This document shows, piece by piece, positions 8,658-17,779 of a stretch of DNA of 64,000 nucleotides (its first letter is position 1; each line of letters opens with the position of its first letter). Made by a program: the position numbers and the translations under genes. Source of the stretch: Escherichia phage PE37; sequence record NC_054929.1; one strand, 5' to 3'. The notes below the pieces were generated by a model, which saw only the letters and a list, made by a program, of their open reading frames with translations, made no database searches and had not been told where the DNA came from.

Positions 8658-9626
8658 ATGAAAACTGTAACTATCAATAAGGGTATCTACTTCGGTAAAG
8701 AAATCTCTGGAACTTTTGAGCTCTTAGGCGAATGGTTCCCAGATAATGCTCCGGTAGATGCACAAGGAGATGGTAAAGTTTTTGTTGAAATTGACGGTAA
8801 GCGTCGCGGTGTTTGGGTTTACAAATCAGACATTTCATATGATGGTGTAAAAGTTGAAGAAGTTAAAGAATCGTATGAAGATATGAAAACCCGCATTAAT
8901 AAAAGATTTAATGTTATGGGAATGATGACGAATGGTATTATTAATGGAAATATTCGTTCATTAATTATCTCTGGCGCAGCAGGTATTGGTAAAACGTATT
9001 CTTTAGATAAAGCTTTAAATAAAGCAAATGATATTGGATACATTGAATATAAAAGCATTAATGGTAAAATCTCTGGTATTGGTCTTTATGAGCAGCTTTG
9101 GAATAATCGTGAAGAGAATTCTGTCCTTTTGATTGATGATGTGGATGTTTTCTCTGATATGGACATTCTTAATCTTCTGAAAGCTGCTCTGGACACTGGA
9201 GAGACCCGTAAAGTCTGCTGGAGCACCGCATCTTCTTACTTAGAAGAAAAAGGCATTGAGCGTGAGTTTGAATTTAAAGGAACGATTGTTTTTATCACAA
9301 ACGTTGACATTGACCGCGAATTAGACCGTGGTACTAAACTTGCTCCACATTTACAAGCATTAGTGTCCCGCTCAGTTTATTTGGATTTGGGTGTTCACAC
9401 TAATGAAGAAATTATGGTCAGGGTTGAAGATGTTATTCTTTCAACTGACATGATGCAAAAGCGCGGTCTTTCTGATGAAGAAACTTATAAAGCATTATCA
9501 TGGATGAAAGTCAATGTTAATCGTTTACGCAATGTTTCACTGCGTACTGCTCTTTATCTTGCTGACTTTATTATGACCGACAAAAACGGTTGGGAAGAAA
9601 TTGCTACGGTTACTCTTCTGAAATAA
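8658..9626 (+). CDS. AAA+/P-loop ATPase-like protein (322 aa)
   Basis: Walker A SGAAGIGKT and Walker B VLLIDDVD; track ORF trimmed to ATG after conserved leader. Confidence 0.6.
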   Translation: MKTVTINKGIYFGKEISGTFELLGEWFPDNAPVDAQGDGKVFVEIDGKRRGVWVYKSDISYDGVKVEEVKESYEDMKTRINKRFNVMGMMTNGIINGNIRSLIISGAAGIGKTYSLDKALNKANDIGYIEYKSINGKISGIGLYEQLWNNREENSVLLIDDVDVFSDMDILNLLKAALDTGETRKVCWSTASSYLEEKGIEREFEFKGTIVFITNVDIDRELDRGTKLAPHLQALVSRSVYLDLGVHTNEEIMVRVEDVILSTDMMQKRGLSDEETYKALSWMKVNVNRLRNVSLRTALYLADFIMTDKNGWEEIATVTLLK

Positions 9627-9728
9627 ATTCATAAGAGGACTTCTAAGACAAAAAGGCAGTTCAGAAATAGATTATATGGACTGCCATCAAAAAGATGACT
9701 AGAATTAAACTGGTAAATGGAGGTAAAG

Positions 9729-10031
9729 ATGTTATACTCAAAAGCTCGTGAAATTTATGAAACTAAAATTAAAGACGCGGTTCATCAGTTCGCAACGACA
9801 ATGCGTTGGACAAATGACTGGGAATACTCCAAGAATCATAAGAAGCCCTTGGTGACAAGAAAGGCTCATATGTTAGTGTTAATAGACCGTGAGCAGATTA
9901 AAGCCCGAGAAGCCCTCCAGAATCATAAAAAGGCTGCCTTTGAATGGTTTATGGATAACACTGCTCCTGAGACTAAGAAAGCAGTGAGCGCTTGGTTCAG
10001 TGGAAAAAATTGTGAAAGAAGTTTCTTTTAG
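9729..10031 (+). CDS. hypothetical protein (100 aa)
   Basis: Track ORF 9717..10031 trimmed to ATG 9729 with GGAGG RBS. Confidence 0.5.
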   Translation: MLYSKAREIYETKIKDAVHQFATTMRWTNDWEYSKNHKKPLVTRKAHMLVLIDREQIKAREALQNHKKAAFEWFMDNTAPETKKAVSAWFSGKNCERSFF

Positions 10032-10033
10032 TT

Positions 10034-10063
10034 GTTTACAAGACTGTTCCTCTGTGGTACTAT
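10034..10063 (+). promoter_or_regulatory. T4-type early promoter with conserved leader
   Basis: gtttacaagactgttcctctgtggtactat + acaactatcaact leader. Confidence 0.55.
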
Positions 10064-10091
10064 ACAACTATCAACTACGGAGGAACAGAAA

Positions 10092-10619
10092 ATGAACGCT
10101 AAAGATATTTTCAACTTGGTAAACTACAATGATGGTAAATTTAAATCTGAAGCACAAAGTAAGTTCTTTAATGACATCTCAATCGGAGGTGAAATCACTG
10201 TTGATGGAGGACAAATTTACAAATCCCGTTGGAATTGGATCGTTATTATTGATGAGATTGGTATTGTAGAAATTTACAAAAATACGAATAAAAATCGTAC
10301 ATTACACTGGTCTCGTGATACTAACGAACAGTACAAAAAGGATAAAGCATCTAAGTTATCTCGTGTAACTCAAGAAGATATTGAGTTCATCAAGAAAGAT
10401 ATTTTGATGTATGATAACTTAATTGCTGAAGAGCAAGCTGTTATTGATAAATTTGATGAGATTAAAGCTTCTCATAAAATTCCTGATTTTATGAAAGAAT
10501 CAGTAAATGAACGATACACTCTCATTTCAGAGCGTATTGAAACTTACAAAAAGCAAAGAGCTGAACGCCAGAATACTCTTCGGAAGTTTGAAGAACGGTT
10601 AAAGACGGTACTTGCATAA
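10092..10619 (+). CDS. hypothetical protein (175 aa) with C-terminal coiled coil
   Basis: Track ORF trimmed to ATG 10092 with GGAGGAACAG RBS. Confidence 0.55.
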   Translation: MNAKDIFNLVNYNDGKFKSEAQSKFFNDISIGGEITVDGGQIYKSRWNWIVIIDEIGIVEIYKNTNKNRTLHWSRDTNEQYKKDKASKLSRVTQEDIEFIKKDILMYDNLIAEEQAVIDKFDEIKASHKIPDFMKESVNERYTLISERIETYKKQRAERQNTLRKFEERLKTVLA

Positions 10620-10621
10620 CC

Positions 10622-10646
10622 GCTTTATACCAAGGATGGTATAATG
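10622..10646 (+). promoter_or_regulatory. promoter (MotA-box-like GCTTTAT + TATAAT)
   Basis: cgctttataccaaggatggtataatgg. Confidence 0.4.
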
Positions 10647-10674
10647 GTTCTAAGCCCTTTTAATTGAGATTATT

Positions 10675-11082
10675 ATGAAACAGCTGATAATTAAAAGATT
10701 GAATTTATTGATATGTTGTTTATGTATAGTAATTGCATATGGTTATTACGCAATTAATGATTATATGCATTATAAAGATTATGATGTTACTGTAGTTAAT
10801 ACCCTTACAGGAACTCAAGGAAAGGGGTCTAGTTTATCGTTTATTGCCGTATATGAACTCAAAGACGGTTATAGATTTAGCGAATATATTTCCCCAGAGA
10901 TGTATTCATCAATAGAAAAAGGCGATAATATTACTGTAAGTTTACGTCCTTTCGACGTAAAACAGACATTGTTTGATAATATTGTTTGGTTCTTTGGAAT
11001 GGTATTAGTTCAATCTGTATGCGGTGCTTATATAGTCTTTTCCATCATATTCTGCGTATTTAGTAAAATTGAAATTGAGTGA
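10675..11082 (+). CDS. predicted membrane protein (135 aa)
   Basis: Track ORF; N- and C-terminal hydrophobic helices. Confidence 0.55.
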   Translation: MKQLIIKRLNLLICCLCIVIAYGYYAINDYMHYKDYDVTVVNTLTGTQGKGSSLSFIAVYELKDGYRFSEYISPEMYSSIEKGDNITVSLRPFDVKQTLFDNIVWFFGMVLVQSVCGAYIVFSIIFCVFSKIEIE

Positions 11083-11089
11083 GGAAAAT

Positions 11090-11977
11090 ATGTCAGTAGT
11101 AATTAATAATGTCAATGCAGTAATTAAATCTTTAGTTAATAAAAAATTGAATGAATGGACTGTACTTCGTCGTGGAGAGCCAGATAAATTTTTTCATAGA
11201 TTTAACCCAACTTTGGATTTGAATGTTATTGACAGAGATGTTCATGCAGAAATTTTAGATAAGTTTAAAGTTGATATTGGATTTGGATTAGAAAAACATT
11301 TACAGCGAACAAACGGGTCTGGAATGGGTTTATCTAATCGCATCATGAAAGCCCTTAATAAAATTGGAGCATTGTCTCGTATTAACGCGAGTGAAATCCT
11401 TCGTAATTATAATAAAGGATATGACCTTTATGGCCGACTAATGCCGAAATTGTCATTCGATCAAATGATTGCGGATTTGTGGGAAAATCAACGACGATTA
11501 TTAGCATTAGGCGCTAGATTAGCTAAAGGTCTAGATAAACAAATGATTTTTAAAACTAATAATACAGAAGACCTTAAATGCTTTAAATTTAGTACTCGTG
11601 GAGATGACTATTACATCAGAGCTCACTCTACAGATTATGTCAATATGGGGCATCATCTCTGTTTAGCTTTTGAAGTTTTAAAAGAAGCCGGAACATTAGA
11701 ATATTCATCTGGGGCAAAATGCCCGATTGGTTCAAATTGTATTTTAATTTATCGCCCGAATGAATCCAGTTCAACTAAATTGCCTACAAAACCTGTACCA
11801 GTTCGTAATAATGAAAAACATTCTGAGCAAATTGATTATTTTAATAAGCAAATTGAAGAGCTGAATATTTCTATTCAACAATATGATGATGAAATTTTCA
11901 GACTATCTGGACTGAGTAGTAAAGCTAAATCTGAGCGTGAAAAGTTAATTAAAATTGTTGATTTACTTAAATCTTAA
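11090..11977 (+). CDS. hypothetical protein (295 aa), C-terminal coiled coil
   Basis: Track ORF trimmed to ATG 11090 with GAGGAAAA RBS. Confidence 0.6.
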   Translation: MSVVINNVNAVIKSLVNKKLNEWTVLRRGEPDKFFHRFNPTLDLNVIDRDVHAEILDKFKVDIGFGLEKHLQRTNGSGMGLSNRIMKALNKIGALSRINASEILRNYNKGYDLYGRLMPKLSFDQMIADLWENQRRLLALGARLAKGLDKQMIFKTNNTEDLKCFKFSTRGDDYYIRAHSTDYVNMGHHLCLAFEVLKEAGTLEYSSGAKCPIGSNCILIYRPNESSSTKLPTKPVPVRNNEKHSEQIDYFNKQIEELNISIQQYDDEIFRLSGLSSKAKSEREKLIKIVDLLKS

Positions 11978-11985
11978 GGAACACC

Positions 11986-13005
11986 ATGAAAACTCGTTCT
12001 CAAATTGAAGATATGGTTCGTAATGCCAGCTATACTCGTGATGTTATGACATTTTTGTGCCAAAATAATTTAGACCCTGATAAAGTTAATCGTGATATTC
12101 ACTTTAAATATATGAATAGCAGTGAATGGTTACGTCATTTTAGTAAAGCGGGATATATTACACAAATGACTGCTCGTGAGCAGCTCACCGATTTCTGTAA
12201 AACTATTGATTATAAAAATCCTCTATTTGTTCAAGGCGTTGGTCAAAGTAAGGTCGATTTATCATCTGGATTTTTCAATCCAAATCATTATCGTATTGAA
12301 TGGAGATTTATTGCTCTGTTCCGTAGACAATTAAAGCAAATTTTGTCTACTGCTAGTCGATTAAAAGGCTCTGATATTAACTTAAAGAATCTGAAATTTG
12401 ATGGTTATACTCTTCAGATGGAAGTAAGACCGTTAAAAGAAAATAATAGAACTGCACGAATTAGCTTTAAACCTAATACAAAAAATTCTCTTTCAATTTG
12501 TGAATGCCTTAAATCACAGTTGACAGAAGCATTTAAGTATATGGATGTTGTTGCTGCTGTTCAATCTAAGATTTTACCTCGTTTTGAACGATTTAAGTTA
12601 GATACAACATCATATGAACTTGATATGATCGTTTCATTTAAATACGATTTTTTGAGAAAGGACGAAGTCCCGCAAGAGAAAAAGCAAGAAGTGCAAGATA
12701 ACTTAAATTTATCTAATTACTCATCAAACGATCCTAAATTTTGGATGTATAGTTCAGGCAATAAAGATGCATGGAAATTCAATAAAGTGAATTTTCTTCC
12801 TATTGAAAATCCGAGTCTTAAACCTGTTGAAAAATGGCACGCGGATGCGATTGGGAAGTCTATCAAGGCAGTAGATGATGAACTCGTTAAAGCAACTAAT
12901 GAAGTGTTAGAAGCTGAAAAGATGCTAGAAAAAGCTCAAGAAAAAGTCAAAAATCTCACGAAGCAACGTTCTAAACTGAACAATGCACTAAATGCACTGA
13001 ACTAG
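11986..13005 (+). CDS. hypothetical protein (339 aa), C-terminal coiled coil
   Basis: Track ORF, AGGAA RBS. Confidence 0.6.
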   Translation: MKTRSQIEDMVRNASYTRDVMTFLCQNNLDPDKVNRDIHFKYMNSSEWLRHFSKAGYITQMTAREQLTDFCKTIDYKNPLFVQGVGQSKVDLSSGFFNPNHYRIEWRFIALFRRQLKQILSTASRLKGSDINLKNLKFDGYTLQMEVRPLKENNRTARISFKPNTKNSLSICECLKSQLTEAFKYMDVVAAVQSKILPRFERFKLDTTSYELDMIVSFKYDFLRKDEVPQEKKQEVQDNLNLSNYSSNDPKFWMYSSGNKDAWKFNKVNFLPIENPSLKPVEKWHADAIGKSIKAVDDELVKATNEVLEAEKMLEKAQEKVKNLTKQRSKLNNALNALN

Positions 13006-13032
13006 TTTACTTTGCCACAAGGATGTGGTATA
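13005..13032 (+). promoter_or_regulatory. T4-type early promoter
   Basis: gtttactttgccacaaggatgtggtataat. Confidence 0.55.
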
Positions 13033-13062
13033 ATGTTCTTACTTTCTACTGAGGAGATTAAT

Positions 13063-14064
13063 ATGACTCGTAACGAATATATCAAATCATTCAATAGCGT
13101 TATTGATGATAAAGCTATACCGATGTTTGGCCAAAATAGCGTTCTTTCTATTATCAATCAATGGCTCAATAGTGTTGATGCAGGTATTGTTTCTTCTGCT
13201 AAATTTATTCATGAAATTCGTAAAATTTCTAGCCGTGTAGATAAAGATAATATCAAGAAAACCTTTAAAGAGTCTCGTCTTCTTTCATATTTGGTTAATC
13301 GGGATATTCTTGGTAATTTTGGGAAAGAAATTAAACGAACCAAAGATGTAGTAGGATATAATTGGTTCGGTGATGTTAATTCTTATCATCTTAATAATAA
13401 AGAAGACCCTGAGAATATTTTTACTCGTCGTTGGATTAGTAATTTCAGACTTTTTAAAGGACAAATTCTAAAATCAGCTTCTAAATTATGTTATGGCGAT
13501 TATCGTCAAATTCATCCTTTGGCTTCTGATATGATTATCGTAAAAGAATATGAGCTTGATGAAAATAAAGTAGCTATTTTTGTGAATTATGGATTTTTTA
13601 CACCAAACGCTAATCAAAAGAATATTAATAAATTTTTCTCAATTGCTAGTGATATAACTCGACAATTAGAGACTGCACTACTTTGTATGGAAACAGTAGA
13701 AAATATTCATACATATCCTTTTAAGAATATATGCGGATGGGAAGGATATAAAATTGTAATTAGTCTTCGTGAAGTGAAATGTGCTTATTCACCTACTGAT
13801 AAAGAAATTTACCAACAAAAATGTGATGAAATTGTGAATACTCCTAAAGAAGAAACTACCCTTGAGGAACTAATGGATAATCTTGATGATTCACCTGAAC
13901 CGGTAGAAATTCGTCCAGAAGTTATTGCATTAGAAAAAGCTTATAAAGAAGTTCTAGAAATTTCTAATAAAGCGCAGAAAGAATATGAGCAGGCTAAAAA
14001 GATTTGGGAAGAATCCGTTAATCGTCTTGATCGTCTTGAACAAGCTTTAAAGTTAATTAAGTAA
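13063..14064 (+). CDS. hypothetical protein (333 aa), C-terminal coiled coil
   Basis: Track ORF trimmed to ATG 13063 with GAGGAG RBS. Confidence 0.6.
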   Translation: MTRNEYIKSFNSVIDDKAIPMFGQNSVLSIINQWLNSVDAGIVSSAKFIHEIRKISSRVDKDNIKKTFKESRLLSYLVNRDILGNFGKEIKRTKDVVGYNWFGDVNSYHLNNKEDPENIFTRRWISNFRLFKGQILKSASKLCYGDYRQIHPLASDMIIVKEYELDENKVAIFVNYGFFTPNANQKNINKFFSIASDITRQLETALLCMETVENIHTYPFKNICGWEGYKIVISLREVKCAYSPTDKEIYQQKCDEIVNTPKEETTLEELMDNLDDSPEPVEIRPEVIALEKAYKEVLEISNKAQKEYEQAKKIWEESVNRLDRLEQALKLIK

Positions 14065-14116
14065 TTTAAAGCCAAGGATGGCTCGGAGTATAAATCATTA
14101 ACCAAGTGAGAAGAAC

Positions 14117-15043
14117 ATGAAAACTCGTAAACATTATATTGATTATTTTGACAGTCTTATTACTAAACACCGTAATTATCAAATCGGACACAGAGCAGTA
14201 ATCAATAATATTCTTCGTGATTTTTTAGACTATATTGGTTGGGAAAACCATATTTGTAAAGATACACAAAATGCGTATTCACATTCTCTTGGTTCTTTGC
14301 TCGAGTGGTTCAAGCGTTCCCGATTACTATCTTCTGTGATAGCTGTTAATAATGTTAAAAAATTTATGTATCCAATCTACATTAAGACTAATGTATCAAA
14401 TGCTAGTGTTGTTACATTTAATATTATTAACGACGTGAAAAGAACTTATTTAGAAGAATGGTTTTCTAAAGATAGTAAAGAAAAATTTGCTAGTGAATTT
14501 TCACACGAATTCAATAATAACGTAAATATGCTTTTTAAGCATTCTCGTAGACTGTTTTGTCATGGTGATAACCGTACTATTAATGTGAATGTAAAAGACT
14601 GGGTTACGGCTAAATTTATTCCATCGTCCCAGAATGGACAATTTGAATTGTCAATTATCGTTTGCGCTCCGCATGAGATATATAAAAATCTTCCGTATAT
14701 GAAACCACGCGAAGCTAATAAACACAATGAAACTATTAGTTCTTTGGCTTATAATTTGCGCGTGTTATTATCTGATATGGATGTAGTCAAATCCTTTGAT
14801 GATAATACGAATTATGGTCTTTCACTGTTTGAAACTAAATTTGTTATTAAATTAAAGGACCCTAGTGAATTTAAACCTATACCAAAATCCAATCATGGAA
14901 ATGATACTATGAAAGAAGAACGTGAATATCTCAATGTCCGTTTGACTGAAGTTGAAAAACAAATTGAAGAGCATACTAAAGTTCTTAAGGCTTTAACCGC
15001 CAAAGCAAATGGTTTACGTAATGCTATTGAGGTATTGAAATGA
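14117..15043 (+). CDS. hypothetical protein (308 aa), C-terminal coiled coil
   Basis: Track ORF; starts MKTR like ORF 11986. Confidence 0.6.
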   Translation: MKTRKHYIDYFDSLITKHRNYQIGHRAVINNILRDFLDYIGWENHICKDTQNAYSHSLGSLLEWFKRSRLLSSVIAVNNVKKFMYPIYIKTNVSNASVVTFNIINDVKRTYLEEWFSKDSKEKFASEFSHEFNNNVNMLFKHSRRLFCHGDNRTINVNVKDWVTAKFIPSSQNGQFELSIIVCAPHEIYKNLPYMKPREANKHNETISSLAYNLRVLLSDMDVVKSFDDNTNYGLSLFETKFVIKLKDPSEFKPIPKSNHGNDTMKEEREYLNVRLTEVEKQIEEHTKVLKALTAKANGLRNAIEVLK

Positions 15044-15429
15044 AAAAGCGTTTATTAGAAGACATTGCAGCTTCAAGTAATTCCAGTTTAATTAAAATTA
15101 TTATGGCTGGTGAGGAAGATGATATGGAAATGCGTGGAAAGATTCACGGCTGCGACGATTTAGATTTTAAACCTCCAGCATGGGATGCTATTATGGCTAT
15201 GGTTGAACGACGTGAAAGAGCTTCTAAAAACGTTCCTAATTGCCCTGAATGCGATACTGAACAAGTTCAATTGATTAACTGGCGTAAACCAGAGCTTGAA
15301 TATAAATGCCGTCAATGTAAACATAAATTCAGTAAGCATGCTCCGGAAATGGTTAAATTGCCTGACTCTACTGAGTTCTTTAAAGAACTTGTGAGTGTTC
15401 AACCAATGCCTAATAATATTTTGGATTAA
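15040..15429 (+). CDS. zinc-ribbon protein (129 aa; CPEC-x17-CRQC)
   Basis: Track ORF; two CxxC pairs. Confidence 0.6.
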   Translation: MKKRLLEDIAASSNSSLIKIIMAGEEDDMEMRGKIHGCDDLDFKPPAWDAIMAMVERRERASKNVPNCPECDTEQVQLINWRKPELEYKCRQCKHKFSKHAPEMVKLPDSTEFFKELVSVQPMPNNILD

Positions 15430-15431
15430 AA

Positions 15432-15674
15432 ATGACCAAGCGTAAAGAATATATGGAGGCTGCTGAAAAGGCAGTCCGTGAATTAGCAATAGCTTATTAT
15501 AATGAACATGGTAAATTTCCTGATAGATACAGCGTGCTTAAATCTGCTTTAACTCGTTCATATAAAAATATGCTATCAGAAGTAAGTGATATTATATACA
15601 AACATAAAGAACAAACGGGCCAAAGTCTTGATTACGACGAGACTTTTAAACAAGTACTAGGAATTAAGGAATAA
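15432..15674 (+). CDS. hypothetical protein (80 aa)
   Basis: Track ORF. Confidence 0.55.
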   Translation: MTKRKEYMEAAEKAVRELAIAYYNEHGKFPDRYSVLKSALTRSYKNMLSEVSDIIYKHKEQTGQSLDYDETFKQVLGIKE

Positions 15675-15675
15675 T

Positions 15676-15939
15676 ATGTTTAAAGTATATGGTTATGATA
15701 GCAACATTCACAAATGTGTGTATTGCGATAATGCAAAACGTCTTTTGACCGTGAAGAAACAGCCGTTTGAATTTATCAACATTATGCCGGAAAAAGGTGT
15801 TTTTGATGATGAGAAAATCGCTGAGCTTCTGACTAAACTAGGTCGTGATACTCAAATCGGCTTGACAATGCCCCAGGTATTTGCTCCTGATGGAAGTCAT
15901 ATTGGTGGATTTGACCAACTGCGAGAATATTTTAAATGA
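15676..15939 (+). CDS. nrdC: thioredoxin/glutaredoxin NrdC
   Basis: 87 aa, CVYC active site, matches recalled T4 NrdC. Confidence 0.9.
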   Translation: MFKVYGYDSNIHKCVYCDNAKRLLTVKKQPFEFINIMPEKGVFDDEKIAELLTKLGRDTQIGLTMPQVFAPDGSHIGGFDQLREYFK

Positions 15940-16151
15940 TGCTCGAAGGAACTGACTATATTCACGATTACCGCGGAAGCGCGGTATATGTAGGTGATGA
16001 AGTTGCAGTTTATTATGGGTATGGAACTTTGATGACAGCAAAGGTTATTCAAATTAAAAATAATCGTGCTAAACTCGAAGTTTATTATTCTAATGATGAA
16101 AAGTCTATTTCTAAGTGGAAATACGGCGATTGTATGGTTAAATTGGGGTAA
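15936..16151 (+). CDS. hypothetical protein (71 aa)
   Basis: Track ORF, ATGA overlap. Confidence 0.5.
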   Translation: MMLEGTDYIHDYRGSAVYVGDEVAVYYGYGTLMTAKVIQIKNNRAKLEVYYSNDEKSISKWKYGDCMVKLG

Positions 16152-16153
16152 AT

Positions 16154-16324
16154 ATGATTTACGATATTAATGTATCACGAGCTCCGTCAATGGTTACTAT
16201 TCCAGCCGAAGAACTAGAACGTCTTCAGAAAATTGAAGAACTTCTTTGGGAAATTGAATGTGCCCTGCCATCAGGACTAGAATCCTGGATTGATGATGAA
16301 GAACTTAATAAATTGCGAAATTAA
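16154..16324 (+). CDS. hypothetical acidic small protein (56 aa)
   Basis: Hand-called ORF filling a gap; below track cut-off. Confidence 0.4.
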   Translation: MIYDINVSRAPSMVTIPAEELERLQKIEELLWEIECALPSGLESWIDDEELNKLRN

Positions 16325-16334
16325 TTGGTGAAAA

Positions 16335-16655
16335 ATGACTATTGAAAATAAATTAGATGTTGATGCAGTTCTGAGCGAAATCATTGAAGACCATGATGCA
16401 TTTTCGGAAAACTATGATTTCGATTTTTCCGATTATCTTAAACCTGTCGAAATAGAAGACTGGGTGCAAGATGGTAAATGTCAATATCGTCAGTGTGTTT
16501 ACTTTAGTCCAAAACATAATGTACATGTGGCTGTAAATGAATCTCGGTTAGGTTCTTATCATTCTGACTGGTATTATGCAGTTCCGACTGTTGAACTAGT
16601 CGAGCCCCATGAACGTGTAGTAACTCAGACAATACGAGAATGGATTACGCTATAA
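16335..16655 (+). CDS. hypothetical acidic protein (106 aa)
   Basis: Track ORF; very acidic N-terminal half. Confidence 0.55.
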   Translation: MTIENKLDVDAVLSEIIEDHDAFSENYDFDFSDYLKPVEIEDWVQDGKCQYRQCVYFSPKHNVHVAVNESRLGSYHSDWYYAVPTVELVEPHERVVTQTIREWITL

Positions 16656-16795
16656 AACCTTGGTGGGCGGCTAGATGGGAAACTGTAGAGCCAGAGCCGG
16701 AAGAACCGGTTTACACTGATGAAGAAACAATATATAATGAACCAACGATAAATGACTTAATTGATATGGAGATGGGACATGATTACAGTAGATAA
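16640..16795 (+). CDS. possible small acidic protein (51 aa)
   Basis: Hand-called ORF overlapping neighbours at both ends; weak support. Confidence 0.25.
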   Translation: MDYAIKPWWAARWETVEPEPEEPVYTDEETIYNEPTINDLIDMEMGHDYSR

Positions 16796-17264
16796 GTGGT
16801 TTAGAATTAATCGTGCTGATACAGGGCTGTGTAATTACTGGCCGGAACTTAGTGCAGGTACTGTCTTTAAAGTTCGTGAACTTGCAAAAGAATGTGAAGA
16901 TGATATAGAGCCTGATACTGGAATTATTGAAATTGAACTTTCTGATGGAAAGATTATTAACATCTACGATAAGCCAATTACGTATTGGTGCTTGTGGAAT
17001 ACTGAATCAGTAGAAAATGGCGAAATTGAAGAAGTTGTAGAGAGAACTAATCAAGTTGTTCAGAAGCCTAAAGCTGATTTTCAAGGTGAACGTATTTCAT
17101 ACGCATTAGCTAAATTAGCTGCACAAGAAAATAACGATGGCTATGAAGGAAATTTGATGCAAGCTGCGGCAGAATATATTGAATGGCTTGAAACCCAAAT
17201 TTCTTTTTCTGACCAAAAGATTCGGCAATATAAGCGATTGAATCAAATGTTTTACAATACTTGA
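16779..17264 (+). CDS. pin: hypothetical protein (161 aa), possibly Pin (Lon protease inhibitor)
   Basis: Length and position immediately upstream of gene 49 match T4 pin; sequence identity not verified. Confidence 0.4.
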   Translation: MITVDKWFRINRADTGLCNYWPELSAGTVFKVRELAKECEDDIEPDTGIIEIELSDGKIINIYDKPITYWCLWNTESVENGEIEEVVERTNQVVQKPKADFQGERISYALAKLAAQENNDGYEGNLMQAAAEYIEWLETQISFSDQKIRQYKRLNQMFYNT

Positions 17265-17276
17265 AAATAATAAATA

Positions 17277-17300
17277 CCCTTATCTATTTAAGGTAAGGGT
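17277..17300 (+). terminator. possible hairpin terminator
   Basis: Imperfect inverted repeat acccttatc/ggtaagggt followed by ttatt. Confidence 0.3.
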
Positions 17301-17305
17301 TTATT

Positions 17306-17779
17306 ATGTTATTGACTGGCAAATTATATAAAGAAGAAAAACAGAAATTTTATGATGCACAAAATGGTAAATGTTTAATTTGCCAACGAGAACTAAATCC
17401 TGACGTTCAAGCTAATCATCTTGATCATGACCATGAATTAAATGGACCAAAAGCAGGAAAAGTACGTGGATTGCTCTGTAATCTCTGCAATGCCGCGGAA
17501 GGTCAAATGAAGCATAAATTTAATCGTTCTGGCTTAAAGGGACAAGGCGTTGATTATCTTGAATGGTTAGAAAATTTACTTACTTATTTAAAATCCGATT
17601 ACACCCAAAATAATATTCATCCTAACTTTGTTGGAGATAAATCAAAGGAATTTTCTCGTTTAGGAAAAGAGGAAATGATGGCTGAGATGCTTCAAAGAGG
17701 ATTTGAATATAATGAATCTGACACTAAAACACAATTAATAGCTTCATTTAAGAAGCAGCTTAGAAAGAGTTTAAAATGA
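17306..17779 (+). CDS. 49: endonuclease VII (Holliday junction resolvase)
   Basis: 157 aa, Cys-rich zinc site and HLDHDH motif; matches recalled T4 gp49. Confidence 0.9.
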   Translation: MLLTGKLYKEEKQKFYDAQNGKCLICQRELNPDVQANHLDHDHELNGPKAGKVRGLLCNLCNAAEGQMKHKFNRSGLKGQGVDYLEWLENLLTYLKSDYTQNNIHPNFVGDKSKEFSRLGKEEMMAEMLQRGFEYNESDTKTQLIASFKKQLRKSLK

